Source of the DNA: a virus
Lineage: Duplodnaviria > Caudoviricetes
IMG/VR virus record: IMGVR_UViG_3300030330_001337
Coordinates: 1-49,568 of that record
Direction: 5' to 3' (one strand)
Length of the DNA stretch: 49,568 nt
This document shows positions 36,468-45,112 of the stretch, piece after piece; within the stretch, counting starts at the first letter, position 1, and every line of letters starts with the position of its first letter. Both the position numbers and the translations under genes were made by a program. The notes below the pieces were generated by a model. It saw only the letters and a list, made by a program, of their open reading frames with translations. It made no database searches and had not been told where the DNA came from.

Positions 36468-37540
36468 TGACTGAAAAAAAAGATTTAACTGTATTCATCT
36501 ATGCGCTGATCATGATTGTTGCCTTTATATTAGGCAGCAATTTTGAAGCGAAAGGACAGTCGTTAAAAAAAGTTTTTAGAGGGGCGACTTTTTACACAGC
36601 CTTTAGTGGAGGTAACTCAGTGTCAGATAATAACATTTACTCTGTAACAAATGGCTTGCAAACAGATGTTGTTGAAACACCTTTTGATTATTCTATAGCT
36701 GCTGGAGTCAGAAAGATTGCACGTTTTGGATATGAAAACAGAGCGAATGTTTTTTATGACGGCACAGAAAAATCTTATGGAGATGCTGCAACTGTAGGTA
36801 GGATAAATGGTTTTGAGTTTTTATTTGAAGCAGACTGGAGAAGACAACAAGGTAAAAAATTTCTTGAGCAAGATTATTTTTTGAGATATGTTGCAAAAAA
36901 CTGGATTGCTAAAGCAGAATATCTTCAAGATGGTTTTGCGGATGTGGAATACTTTGAAGCTTCTCAGAGATTTAGAGTGAACTTAAATAAGAAGCTAAGC
37001 TTTAACATAGGTATAGCTCAAAGAATATCAGAGCCTTACGGTTACAACCCTTTAGATCAATGGATGCTGTCCAATGGTAACATACATTACACAAGTCTAG
37101 CTATTGAAGAGGGATATACAATTGATGTAGAACAAGGGGAATACTTTGCTCCAGATGGAACTCTTGTTGCAAACAGCGCTGATGTTTGGGAACAGATAAT
37201 AATCCCAGAGATAATAAGCGAATATGTTTCTAGTAAAAGAAGTCAACTTCCCAATCAGTGGAACTACTCTTTGGTTTTAGGTTACGATTACTATCACTTT
37301 ACAAAAGACTTCTGGGTACATAGCTGGGCTACCATAATGCCTTACCACTTAAATACAGAAGGTGAATATTCTTACTTTGAAACGACTTCAGGGGACCAAT
37401 GGATTGATTACGGATCTGGCCTTATCTTTGGGTGTAGATTCAACAAAAGTCTTGGTGTATTCTTAGAGGGTAAATACAATAAGTATTGGAATCGAGAATG
37501 GCATGACTTCTCTGTAGGAATTAATTATGTAATATTTTAA
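36467..37540 (+). CDS. Putative outer-membrane beta-barrel protein
   Basis: N-terminal signal peptide ending EAKG-Q, amphipathic aromatic-rich strands, LGVFLEGKY...FSVGINYVIF C-terminal beta-signal. Confidence 0.75.
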   Translation: MTEKKDLTVFIYALIMIVAFILGSNFEAKGQSLKKVFRGATFYTAFSGGNSVSDNNIYSVTNGLQTDVVETPFDYSIAAGVRKIARFGYENRANVFYDGTEKSYGDAATVGRINGFEFLFEADWRRQQGKKFLEQDYFLRYVAKNWIAKAEYLQDGFADVEYFEASQRFRVNLNKKLSFNIGIAQRISEPYGYNPLDQWMLSNGNIHYTSLAIEEGYTIDVEQGEYFAPDGTLVANSADVWEQIIIPEIISEYVSSKRSQLPNQWNYSLVLGYDYYHFTKDFWVHSWATIMPYHLNTEGEYSYFETTSGDQWIDYGSGLIFGCRFNKSLGVFLEGKYNKYWNREWHDFSVGINYVIF

Positions 37541-37542
37541 AC

Positions 37543-38058
37543 ATGTATCACAAAAAGAAAAAAATGAACATGCCAGGTGGAGGCATGATGAGGCCTAAAA
37601 TGATGATGCCAGGAGGAGGAAAGATGAAGCGTATGATGGAAGAAGGAGGAAAGATGGATTACAAAGTAGCTAAGAGCTTAATGAATCCTATGATGCAAGA
37701 AGGCGGTATGACTAAGGATGAAAAGAAAGAAGGAAGAGAGCAAAGAAGGAGAAAGAATAAAGCAATCAGGGAAGATGAAAGGTTCCAGAGAAGAGCTGCT
37801 AGAGATCGTAAAGCTTTTACTTTTGGGACAAAAAGAAAAGGTGTAGAAGCACTTTTAGAAAATCTTGCTAACCCAGAAAAAGCTTATGAAAAGCAGCAAA
37901 TAAGAAAGCAGTTAGGAAGAATGGTTGCTCTTGGACTTATAGGAGGGCTAACTCCTAACATAGCTAGGCAAATAAGACAAAGAGGTAAGTTTGTTCCTCA
38001 GAATGAAACGTCAAGTTTGTTAGAAAGAATTTTACCAGGACTATTTACAGAAGATTAA
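37543..38058 (+). CDS. Basic Met/Gly-repeat protein with four MxxGG motifs
   Basis: MPGGGMM, MPGGGKM, MEEGGKM, MQEGGMT. Confidence 0.7.
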   Translation: MYHKKKKMNMPGGGMMRPKMMMPGGGKMKRMMEEGGKMDYKVAKSLMNPMMQEGGMTKDEKKEGREQRRRKNKAIREDERFQRRAARDRKAFTFGTKRKGVEALLENLANPEKAYEKQQIRKQLGRMVALGLIGGLTPNIARQIRQRGKFVPQNETSSLLERILPGLFTED

Positions 38059-38060
38059 TT

Positions 38061-38516
38061 ATGAAAGCTAAAAAATTTCCAGATTTAACTGGTGACGATA
38101 AGACAACAATGGCAGACATCTTAAAAGGACGAGGTGTTTTTGCTAAAGGAGGAATGATGCGTAGCTATGAGCAAGGCGGAAGCGCACCTATGACTCCAGT
38201 TGATGGACAAGTTTTACAAGATGAATCAGGTCGTGAATATGTTTTATTCAGTAAAGGTGAAGGCATGGCTCCTGTAAAAGTTTACTCTGATGACTACGGA
38301 TGGAACGAAGTAGATGGAGTTTTAGAAAGAGGTATTCAGTTTATTAGAACTGACATAACATACCCTGTTATTCCTGATGAAGAGTTTGGAGGTCTTAAGT
38401 TAGATGCTGTTAGATATGATGCTCAGATGAGCGATAGATCTGGAGGCATGTCAGACGACATGATGATGGAGGAAGAGGAAGAACAGCCTCAAATGGGAAT
38501 GCGACCTATACGATAA
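38061..38516 (+). CDS. Hypothetical protein with EF-hand/dockerin-like loop and xxGG motifs
   Basis: FPDLTGDDKTTMADILKGRG, FAKGGM, YEQGGS. Confidence 0.7.
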   Translation: MKAKKFPDLTGDDKTTMADILKGRGVFAKGGMMRSYEQGGSAPMTPVDGQVLQDESGREYVLFSKGEGMAPVKVYSDDYGWNEVDGVLERGIQFIRTDITYPVIPDEEFGGLKLDAVRYDAQMSDRSGGMSDDMMMEEEEEQPQMGMRPIR

Positions 38517-38520
38517 TGAC

Positions 38521-38805
38521 ATGGCTAGGCAAATAGGAGAAGATACTAAAGTAACGCTAGACCTAAAAACAATAGGTATGGGAGTGGCAGGTTTAGCAGC
38601 TCTCATTGGAATGTGGTTTGCTCTTCAAGCAGATATAGCTTTAGCTATGGAGCTACCAGAACCAGCAGATCCAGAAATTACACGCATGGAATTTGACATG
38701 AAAGATCAGCTTGTGCGTCAAACAATTATGACTACGCAGGAAGATGTATCAGAGTTGAAAGAAGATTTAGACCGTATTGAAGAAAAAATAGATAAGCTAC
38801 AGTGA
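38521..38805 (+). CDS. Single-pass membrane protein with C-terminal coiled coil
   Basis: IGMGVAGLAALIGMWFAL TM helix, PEPADP linker, heptad VSELKEDLDRIEEKIDKL. Confidence 0.75.
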   Translation: MARQIGEDTKVTLDLKTIGMGVAGLAALIGMWFALQADIALAMELPEPADPEITRMEFDMKDQLVRQTIMTTQEDVSELKEDLDRIEEKIDKLQ

Positions 38806-39140
38806 AGAATTTAATCTACATATGTTTATTTGCAGTTACATCTCTTGGTATGGGTATACCAGACTCTGGTATATGTGTCGTAGAGTTTAACGCAGGTTTT
38901 AATTCAGCGAATAGTGTAGAATGGATTGATGATTTAAGTGATTGTAAAAACAAACGCATAGATATTGCTGCTGAACCAGACATGCAGCGTGAACATAAAA
39001 TTGTTGTTGTACCAACAGTTATTGTATTTAATGATGGGGAGGAAGTAGAAAGATTCCAAGCAAATATAATGATGCAACTAGAGGCAACTCAAGATGAAGT
39101 GCAGGAGTCGGTTGATGAAATAATGATGAGCTGGTTCTAA
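38802..39140 (+). CDS. Exported thioredoxin-fold protein lacking CxxC
   Basis: GTG start, signal-like N-terminus, VVEFNAGFNSAN replaces VVDFxAxWCGPC, IVVVPTVIVFNDGEEVERF retained. Confidence 0.75.
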   Translation: MKNLIYICLFAVTSLGMGIPDSGICVVEFNAGFNSANSVEWIDDLSDCKNKRIDIAAEPDMQREHKIVVVPTVIVFNDGEEVERFQANIMMQLEATQDEVQESVDEIMMSWF

Positions 39141-39424
39141 TGCGAGCTAAAAAAGACCCAAAGGTAGGCACAGGAAAGAAACCTAAAGGTTCTGGAAGAA
39201 GGCTGTACACAGATGAAAATCCTAAAGATACAGTCGGTATAAAGTTTGCTACACCTAAAGACGCAAGAGCTACAGTAGCCAAGGTAAAAAAAATAAGTAA
39301 ACCGTTTGCTAGAAAGATACAGATACTCACTGTAGGTGAACAAAGAGCAAAGGTGATGGGGAAAAAAGAAGTAGTTAGTATCTTTAGAAAGGGTAAGGAA
39401 GATTTAAGAAAGTCAAGAAAATAA
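39140..39424 (+). CDS. Small basic conserved phage protein
   Basis: RLYTDENPKDTV.IKFAT...KIQILTVGEQRAK; TAATG coupling. Confidence 0.75.
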   Translation: MRAKKDPKVGTGKKPKGSGRRLYTDENPKDTVGIKFATPKDARATVAKVKKISKPFARKIQILTVGEQRAKVMGKKEVVSIFRKGKEDLRKSRK

Positions 39425-39448
39425 AAAGGGAGCCGTAGCTCCCCTCTT
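39423..39448. terminator. Terminator between the convergent genome arms (U-tract on minus strand)
   Basis: AAAAAGGGAGC-CGTA-GCTCCCCTCTT. Confidence 0.85.
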
Positions 39449-39450
39449 AC

Positions 39451-41343
39451 TTACCTAACTGGACAAGCTCCAGTGTCACAATCGGAAATATCTATATCAT
39501 ACATGTTCAGCTGATTAAGAGACATAATTGGTGTTGTTCCTTTCTTCATCTTCATGTAATCTTCTTTTGTTATTTCTTCCATTGGTGCTTGATCAAACCC
39601 ATGTTCGTTGTGCAGTAAGAAGCTGACACTCTTTACGTTAACGTAGTTTACATCAAGCCAAGCTTTAATATCATCAAGCTCTTCCTTTCTGTAGTAGATA
39701 GTTACAGATACTGAATTGTCAGACCATTCACTTTGAAGTCTTTTAATTACTTCTAACTGATCTATAGCACTCATGTCATTTGCAAACGTTGTGTTGCTTG
39801 GAAATGAACAAGGGAAGCTTACAACAACTGTTGAGTGATCTTCTGTTCCGTCAAAGTTTCTTACATACTCTACGTGATACCCGTTGTTCCTGCATACTCC
39901 GACCAGCTCGCTATCTGCAGCCATTCTGATTCTTCGTATGTAGTGCTCTGAGTACCCTGGATGTGCTCCTGGTGTAACGCCAGCAAGTAAACTAAGCGTT
40001 CCAGATGGCTTAACTGTAGTAAGCTTAATAGATGTAGGGAATCCACATATTTTTGAATATTCTTTGTCATATGATCTTAAATAAGTGTAACATTCAGGCA
40101 ACCATGATTTCTGCTCTTCAGTAGCTTGAAGATAACCAGTAACTCCTATACCCATTCTCATGTTCTTGTGAACAATATCTTCAGTCTCCTTTACTTCACA
40201 TTTGATAGCCAAGCTATGCTTGTTGATTCTGTAAAGCAAAGAGGCTACTTCTTTTAGCTCCTTTAAAGATTTAATATTAGGCAGATATATTTCAGCTAGA
40301 CAGCACGTTTCAAAAGGTTCTAAGCTTTGTTCAGCACAAGGATTGTAACCCATTACATTGTAGTCAGGGTACATTTCTTCTCCTGTCCTACCCATACGTC
40401 TAGATGCAGGTAGATTAATTAAACCATATGGCTCTCCGTTTCCTTTATAACCCTCCCAAAACTCTTCTGGAAGCTTAGATATATCGTCACATGCAACAGA
40501 ATTATTTGACATCGCTCTCCAGTTTGGTATACCTCCTAGATCCCAACGCTTAGCTCGCAAGTAGTCCATGTCATCATGATCTCCTATTGCTATTTGAGCT
40601 GACCTTCTTACGTTACCTGCGACAACAATCTTACCTATGATGTTCATGACATCTAAGCAGTCAATAGGGCGCAAGCGCTGCCCTGATCTTTCATTTAAGA
40701 TCCTATTGATTTCTTGCATACCCCATATTAAGTCTTTAGGTCCTGATGCTGTCCCTCCAAACCCTTTGATAGGAGATCCTGCTGGCCTTACTAAAGATGT
40801 GTCGTATGTGAATCCTTTTCCTGTTTCAAAGCTAGCCTCCAGCACACGCTTCAAAAGATCAGTCCATCCTTCACGAGAATCAGGAACAATAAAGTCAGCT
40901 CCATTGTCCTCAACGTGTTGAACTTTTACTTTTCTTTTTACTTTAGGAAGCTGATAGACATGCTCTCTTTGAATATTATAGCCAACTCCAGACCCAAGCA
41001 TAAGCATTTCAAACGCCCAAGTAAAAGGTCTAATTGGATGATCAATAACTGTGAAAGCACAATTCTGTAAAGAAGGTAATCCTAACTTGTCTACAGTTTT
41101 TGTTCCCAGCTGCCACAGGAATCTACCAGCAACAGTTCCCTTCAAATTCATCATCATATTCTTTATGTCTTTTTGATCATGTTTATTGAAGTCACATTTA
41201 AGCTGTTTATTGCACGCTTCGATTACACGATCAACAGTTTCTTCCCACTCTTCTGTTCTGTTTTTTAGGGGACGAGAATAGGTACGCTTATATGTGGCGT
41301 ACCCTACCTCTCCCCAGGGAATTTTCTCTGGGTTATATGTCAT
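39451..41343 (-). CDS. nrdJ: Class II adenosylcobalamin-dependent ribonucleotide reductase (monomeric RTPR type)
   Basis: TYKRTYSR, AGRFLW, NCAF, GNVRRSA, NPCAEQ, TTVKPSGTLSLL, C-terminal CDTGACPVR; no beta-subunit gene nearby. Confidence 0.93.
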   Translation of the reverse strand: MTYNPEKIPWGEVGYATYKRTYSRPLKNRTEEWEETVDRVIEACNKQLKCDFNKHDQKDIKNMMMNLKGTVAGRFLWQLGTKTVDKLGLPSLQNCAFTVIDHPIRPFTWAFEMLMLGSGVGYNIQREHVYQLPKVKRKVKVQHVEDNGADFIVPDSREGWTDLLKRVLEASFETGKGFTYDTSLVRPAGSPIKGFGGTASGPKDLIWGMQEINRILNERSGQRLRPIDCLDVMNIIGKIVVAGNVRRSAQIAIGDHDDMDYLRAKRWDLGGIPNWRAMSNNSVACDDISKLPEEFWEGYKGNGEPYGLINLPASRRMGRTGEEMYPDYNVMGYNPCAEQSLEPFETCCLAEIYLPNIKSLKELKEVASLLYRINKHSLAIKCEVKETEDIVHKNMRMGIGVTGYLQATEEQKSWLPECYTYLRSYDKEYSKICGFPTSIKLTTVKPSGTLSLLAGVTPGAHPGYSEHYIRRIRMAADSELVGVCRNNGYHVEYVRNFDGTEDHSTVVVSFPCSFPSNTTFANDMSAIDQLEVIKRLQSEWSDNSVSVTIYYRKEELDDIKAWLDVNYVNVKSVSFLLHNEHGFDQAPMEEITKEDYMKMKKGTTPIMSLNQLNMYDIDISDCDTGACPVR

Positions 41344-41374
41344 TTTAAAAAGTTTTTTAAGTAAAAAAGGACGA

Positions 41375-41382
41375 CTAAGATA
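41375..41382 (-). promoter_or_regulatory. Possible -7 box TATCTTAG for nrdJ
   Basis: One mismatch to consensus, in intergenic gap. Confidence 0.35.
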
Positions 41383-41383
41383 G

Positions 41384-41881
41384 TCAATAATCTGTGTCGT
41401 ATTCCCACACTCTGTAAGAATCTAACTTCTTGATATCCTTTAGTTTAAGGATAGTTATCTGATCTTGTCGATCCTTTCGAGTGTATTTTTTGCGATAAGC
41501 ATCTTTCTTATTGTGAACGATCTCATCTGCCACGTAGTCTTCGCAAAAGCTAGCAAGCTCTTTTCTATCTACAATAGAGAACCCACCTTCTTCTGGCATA
41601 TCAAAAGCAATAATGCTTGCACCTCCATACATCCAGCCTTTATTGCCTCTAACATTTTTAAATTCGCACCATATTTCGTCAGGCAAATTGTTTCCTTTTA
41701 CATCAACACCCCACTTACCATCAACCTCAAGAGCCAACCAGTAGTCTATGTGTTCATGAATGTCTTCTGTATGGGTAGATTTTGTAACTACCAAACCCTT
41801 CTTCCTAGCAGCTCTTACAAATCTAACCTCAGCGACTCTTCCTGTAGCCCCTGAGTAGAATCGTCTAGCTTTCGATATCAT
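41384..41881 (-). CDS. PD-(D/E)xK restriction-like nuclease
   Basis: GRVAE...HIDYW...GVDVKG catalytic pattern. Confidence 0.7.
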   Translation of the reverse strand: MISKARRFYSGATGRVAEVRFVRAARKKGLVVTKSTHTEDIHEHIDYWLALEVDGKWGVDVKGNNLPDEIWCEFKNVRGNKGWMYGGASIIAFDMPEEGGFSIVDRKELASFCEDYVADEIVHNKKDAYRKKYTRKDRQDQITILKLKDIKKLDSYRVWEYDTDY

Positions 41882-42086
41882 AGTTCTCTTCGTAGTATTG
41901 ATACGCAGCCTCTTTAACGAAGTCAAACTCTAAGTTTAACTTTTGTCTAAATGATGCTAGTTTTTTTGTTATCTCTCCTGGGTGTTCTATTGGATCACCT
42001 TTATCATCGAAGAGATTTTCGTAGAAGTCTGTAAGAAGTCTATGCGCTCTCGTTGTTGCGATTGCGTAACTTCTTCCAAGTTGCAT
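41865..42086 (-). CDS. Hypothetical protein
   Basis: Fills the gap between two nuclease genes, ATG 1 nt after upstream stop. Confidence 0.65.
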   Translation of the reverse strand: MQLGRSYAIATTRAHRLLTDFYENLFDDKGDPIEHPGEITKKLASFRQKLNLEFDFVKEAAYQYYEENYDIES

Positions 42087-42087
42087 T

Positions 42088-42546
42088 TTAGTTAGCTTCT
42101 TCATTATGTTTTATTATATTGATGGCTTCTTGAATTTGAGTTTTGTTTCTGCAAATAAATAACTTAGGTAGAGGGCTACCAATGTCAGAGAGATATCTTA
42201 AGAACAGCTTCCATCTCATTGGAAAGTCGTGATGAGAGTGTATAAAACCCTTAGTCTCGATTATCCAACTACCATCTTTGGCTACAAAATCAGGAGTGTA
42301 TTTGATAGGTAATACAACTTTATTTGTCTTGTCGACTAAGCCTTTAGACTTGGGAGTCATCTTCCAATAAACTCCTTCGTATCTAAACTTATCCATCAAC
42401 ACATACTCCTGTTCTTCGTAGGCAAAAGGTAGGCCCGATTCAGCTAAAAGATTAGCGCAAGTCTTCTCCAAACTGCTTTTGTATTTACCCAAAGCCTTTT
42501 GCTTAGAAGTCTTCGTCTTAGCCGTTCCTTTCTTTCTTCGCTTCAC
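42088..42546 (-). CDS. T7 endonuclease I-like Holliday junction resolvase
   Basis: YKSSLE...FAYE...YTPDF...IIETKG. Confidence 0.85.
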   Translation of the reverse strand: MKRRKKGTAKTKTSKQKALGKYKSSLEKTCANLLAESGLPFAYEEQEYVLMDKFRYEGVYWKMTPKSKGLVDKTNKVVLPIKYTPDFVAKDGSWIIETKGFIHSHHDFPMRWKLFLRYLSDIGSPLPKLFICRNKTQIQEAINIIKHNEEAN

Positions 42547-42562
42547 ACGGTGAAGTTACAGC

Positions 42563-44368
42563 TTAATTTTCTAAAAACCTAGTATTAGCGGATAAATTAA
42601 ATTGTTTATAGTTATTAAACTCTTTATCAATGGTTTGGAAAAGCTCCTTACCAGTATTAGAAACCCTGAAGGCTGTGTGAGATGTGTTCATAGTGAATGT
42701 AATTGGATCATCTATCGGTGTAGGCTGACCTCCAGTCTCAGTTTCTCTAACCTTTCTAACGTGAAGCTCTGTAGTTTTCTTGACGTTATGATCAGGAGCT
42801 TGCACCTTTCTGTGAATAGTTAAGAAGCAATCAGCACGATTAACAAACTTACCTCCACCTTCTGTGTCCTCTGCAAAAGGAGCAACAGGTAATCCATCAT
42901 CACCTTTACGCCTTTGTGCTTCAGTAACAGCATGCATGTTTAACCAGACAGCTACATTGTTGGTTGTTGAGAAAGTTAAGAAGTGCGATGCAGCTTCATA
43001 ATGATAGTCGTGTGGACTAGCGTTACCACTCAAGTCTAACTTTAAGCTGTTGTATGGGTCTACAAATACAGCATCGTAATCCTCTTGTCTTATAATCTTC
43101 TCAAGAAATACTATGATGTCGGAATAAGAATACACTTGGTTGTTACTTATGACTGTGAAGTGATCGTTAACCCACTTGTATGCTTCTTTCCTTTGAGCAT
43201 AAGATAGATCTCCTATCCTTCTATTTACAGCGAACTGCATAAGTGTCATCTTTAACGATGCTGTCCTATTCTCTGATGAGTAAACTACCCACTTCCATCC
43301 GTGCCTTACTGCTGAGTTTACCATCATGTAAAGCGCCATAGTAGTTTTACCTACGTTAGAATGTCCGTTTATGATTACAAATTCACGCTTGTATCTGAAG
43401 TATTCATCAAGATTCTTATCTCCTGTCTCTAGTCCAACAGGTATCTTACCATTTGCATAGTCATCTATCCATCTAAAATCTTCATCGTCAGAAGAGATAA
43501 AAGACATATCTCCATCATTGATTAGAAGCTCTCTTTTGGCATCCTGTTCGTTGCCAATTACTTCTTTAATAGGATCTTTCTTTCCTACTTCAATGGCTTG
43601 TCTGATTGTAGATCTAGCAGCTTCTTCACTCTCTACATCACGTTTACATATCTCTCTAAACAAAACTCTAACAGCCTCCTCTTCTTCTATGCGACCAGCA
43701 GCTATGTATCCTCCTGCTAATCTAGCAGCTTTGAGTAACATGTTATGCTTGTCACCATCATCAGCCTGCCTAATCATTCTAGCAGCTAGATTTAGTTTCA
43801 TGTAATCTGTAAACTCACCTTTCCTAGCTTCTTGTACTTGCTCTGCTCGTTCAGTAGCAAAAGCTCCAAACTTTTTAGAGTCTGGGTTTATTATAATGTC
43901 TGCATCGTAAGACTCAAAGCAAGCTCTAGATTCGTTTATACCTGATTCATCAACCTCTAGATCATATTGCTTAGAAAAGTACGTGCATAAGGCTCTAAAG
44001 TGATCCCTGTGTCTTTCAGGGTTTGTAATCTTTACCAGCGCCTTAAGACCATCCCCAGATGGAGAAACCCATGTGCTATATACATAAGAGTCTGTCGCAA
44101 GAACTTGCTTCGATGACGACACATCAATGTGATCGAAGTCCAAAACAATAAATCCGCTGTGTTCAAACAAAGCTTCATCATTCCTTTCTGTAAACTCACC
44201 GCTGAAGCAAACGACAGGTAGTTTCTTTTTAGATTCTTTATCTCCATCTCTAATCTTATCTATTATGTCTTTTGATTTACCGTCTTTAATTCTGTTTAGG
44301 GTAGCCATCATGCTCACATGGTGTGGGCTCTGCTTGTCGTAAACGGTCTTGAAGAATGTTACTTTCAT
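42563..44368 (-). CDS. Primase-helicase: BT4734/VirE-N-like primase domain fused to an SF4 (DnaB/Twinkle-like) helicase
   Basis: KKKLPVVCFSGEF...HSGFIVLDFDH...WVSPSGDGLKALV; GHSNVGKT Walker A; VFVDPYN Walker B; VRKVR Arg finger. Confidence 0.88.
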   Translation of the reverse strand: MKVTFFKTVYDKQSPHHVSMMATLNRIKDGKSKDIIDKIRDGDKESKKKLPVVCFSGEFTERNDEALFEHSGFIVLDFDHIDVSSSKQVLATDSYVYSTWVSPSGDGLKALVKITNPERHRDHFRALCTYFSKQYDLEVDESGINESRACFESYDADIIINPDSKKFGAFATERAEQVQEARKGEFTDYMKLNLAARMIRQADDGDKHNMLLKAARLAGGYIAAGRIEEEEAVRVLFREICKRDVESEEAARSTIRQAIEVGKKDPIKEVIGNEQDAKRELLINDGDMSFISSDDEDFRWIDDYANGKIPVGLETGDKNLDEYFRYKREFVIINGHSNVGKTTMALYMMVNSAVRHGWKWVVYSSENRTASLKMTLMQFAVNRRIGDLSYAQRKEAYKWVNDHFTVISNNQVYSYSDIIVFLEKIIRQEDYDAVFVDPYNSLKLDLSGNASPHDYHYEAASHFLTFSTTNNVAVWLNMHAVTEAQRRKGDDGLPVAPFAEDTEGGGKFVNRADCFLTIHRKVQAPDHNVKKTTELHVRKVRETETGGQPTPIDDPITFTMNTSHTAFRVSNTGKELFQTIDKEFNNYKQFNLSANTRFLEN

Positions 44369-44567
44369 TGTATTCGTATTGTAATATTAATTCTAAATAA
44401 TGAATGGCTTTCAGGATATCCATGACTCCATTCTTTTTTCGATGTCTGCACACATACTTAATTACATTACCTTCTATGTAGGGTATTTTGTTTTTTACAC
44501 AAAACTCTACTGGCTGTATAGGCATGTCGTAGTGCTCTCCACCTTCTTGTCTATCTGATGGTTTCAT
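44286..44567 (-). CDS. DUF3310 family protein
   Basis: QEGGEHY...IQPVEF...GNVIKYVCR...KNG..DILKAIHYLE. Confidence 0.85.
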   Translation of the reverse strand: MKPSDRQEGGEHYDMPIQPVEFCVKNKIPYIEGNVIKYVCRHRKKNGVMDILKAIHYLELILQYEYNESNILQDRLRQAEPTPCEHDGYPKQN

Positions 44568-44848
44568 AATGCGTTTCTATTTACTTTACCTAATTTTATT
44601 TCATTGTACATCTTACGAACTATGACTTGCTTGTTACCCTTAAAGTTTTTAGCATAGACTTCTCTATACACTCTTTCAAGATCAACAGGGTTACTCATTA
44701 TTTGAGAAGGAGTTCTTGATCTAGTAACAATATTTATTGTCTTCTTATGTTTCTGTTTACCTTTTTTGTACTCAACATCTATTGTGTAGTGGTAGACATG
44801 TGGGAGATCGTCATATTCCATTTTCTTTTTATTCTCTTTGAAATCCAT
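44564..44848 (-). CDS. Hypothetical basic protein (start may be 44821)
   Basis: ATGA overlap with the DUF3310 gene. Confidence 0.65.
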   Translation of the reverse strand: MDFKENKKKMEYDDLPHVYHYTIDVEYKKGKQKHKKTINIVTRSRTPSQIMSNPVDLERVYREVYAKNFKGNKQVIVRKMYNEIKLGKVNRNAL

Positions 44849-45090
44849 TTCATATCGACTAATGAACCCATACTGCTCAAGCAGTCTTCTCTCGAAAGTA
44901 AAACTGCGTTGTCTCCAGATTTATTAGGGATGTACATGATAAGGAATTGTTCGTTAAACTCTGGTACTTTTAATGAGAAGTTATTGTCATGTTTTTGCCA
45001 TGACACATAAAATGTAATCTCATTATCTCCTTTACTTCCGCAGAAAGAGAAGGGACCAAGGAACTTTATGTTCCTCAGCCCCCACTCCAT
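44779..45090 (-). CDS. Hypothetical protein (uncertain)
   Basis: Only long frame filling the gap, but its 5' end overlaps a terminator-like hairpin. Confidence 0.4.
   Translation of the reverse strand: MEWGLRNIKFLGPFSFCGSKGDNEITFYVSWQKHDNNFSLKVPEFNEQFLIMYIPNKSGDNAVLLSREDCLSSMGSLVDMKWISKRIKRKWNMTISHMSTTTQ
45043..45083 (-). terminator. Terminator-like hairpin after SSB
   Basis: GGGGCTGAGGAAC-ATAAA-GTTCCTTGGTCCC then TTCTCTTT on minus strand. Confidence 0.65.
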
Positions 45091-45112
45091 AGCGGCATAC
45101 AAACCTAACGGT

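Noticed and set aside
41384-41881. Restriction-modification system or homing endonuclease
   Set aside because: No methyltransferase in the window, and no intron or intein interrupts nrdJ or terL; treated as a stand-alone nuclease
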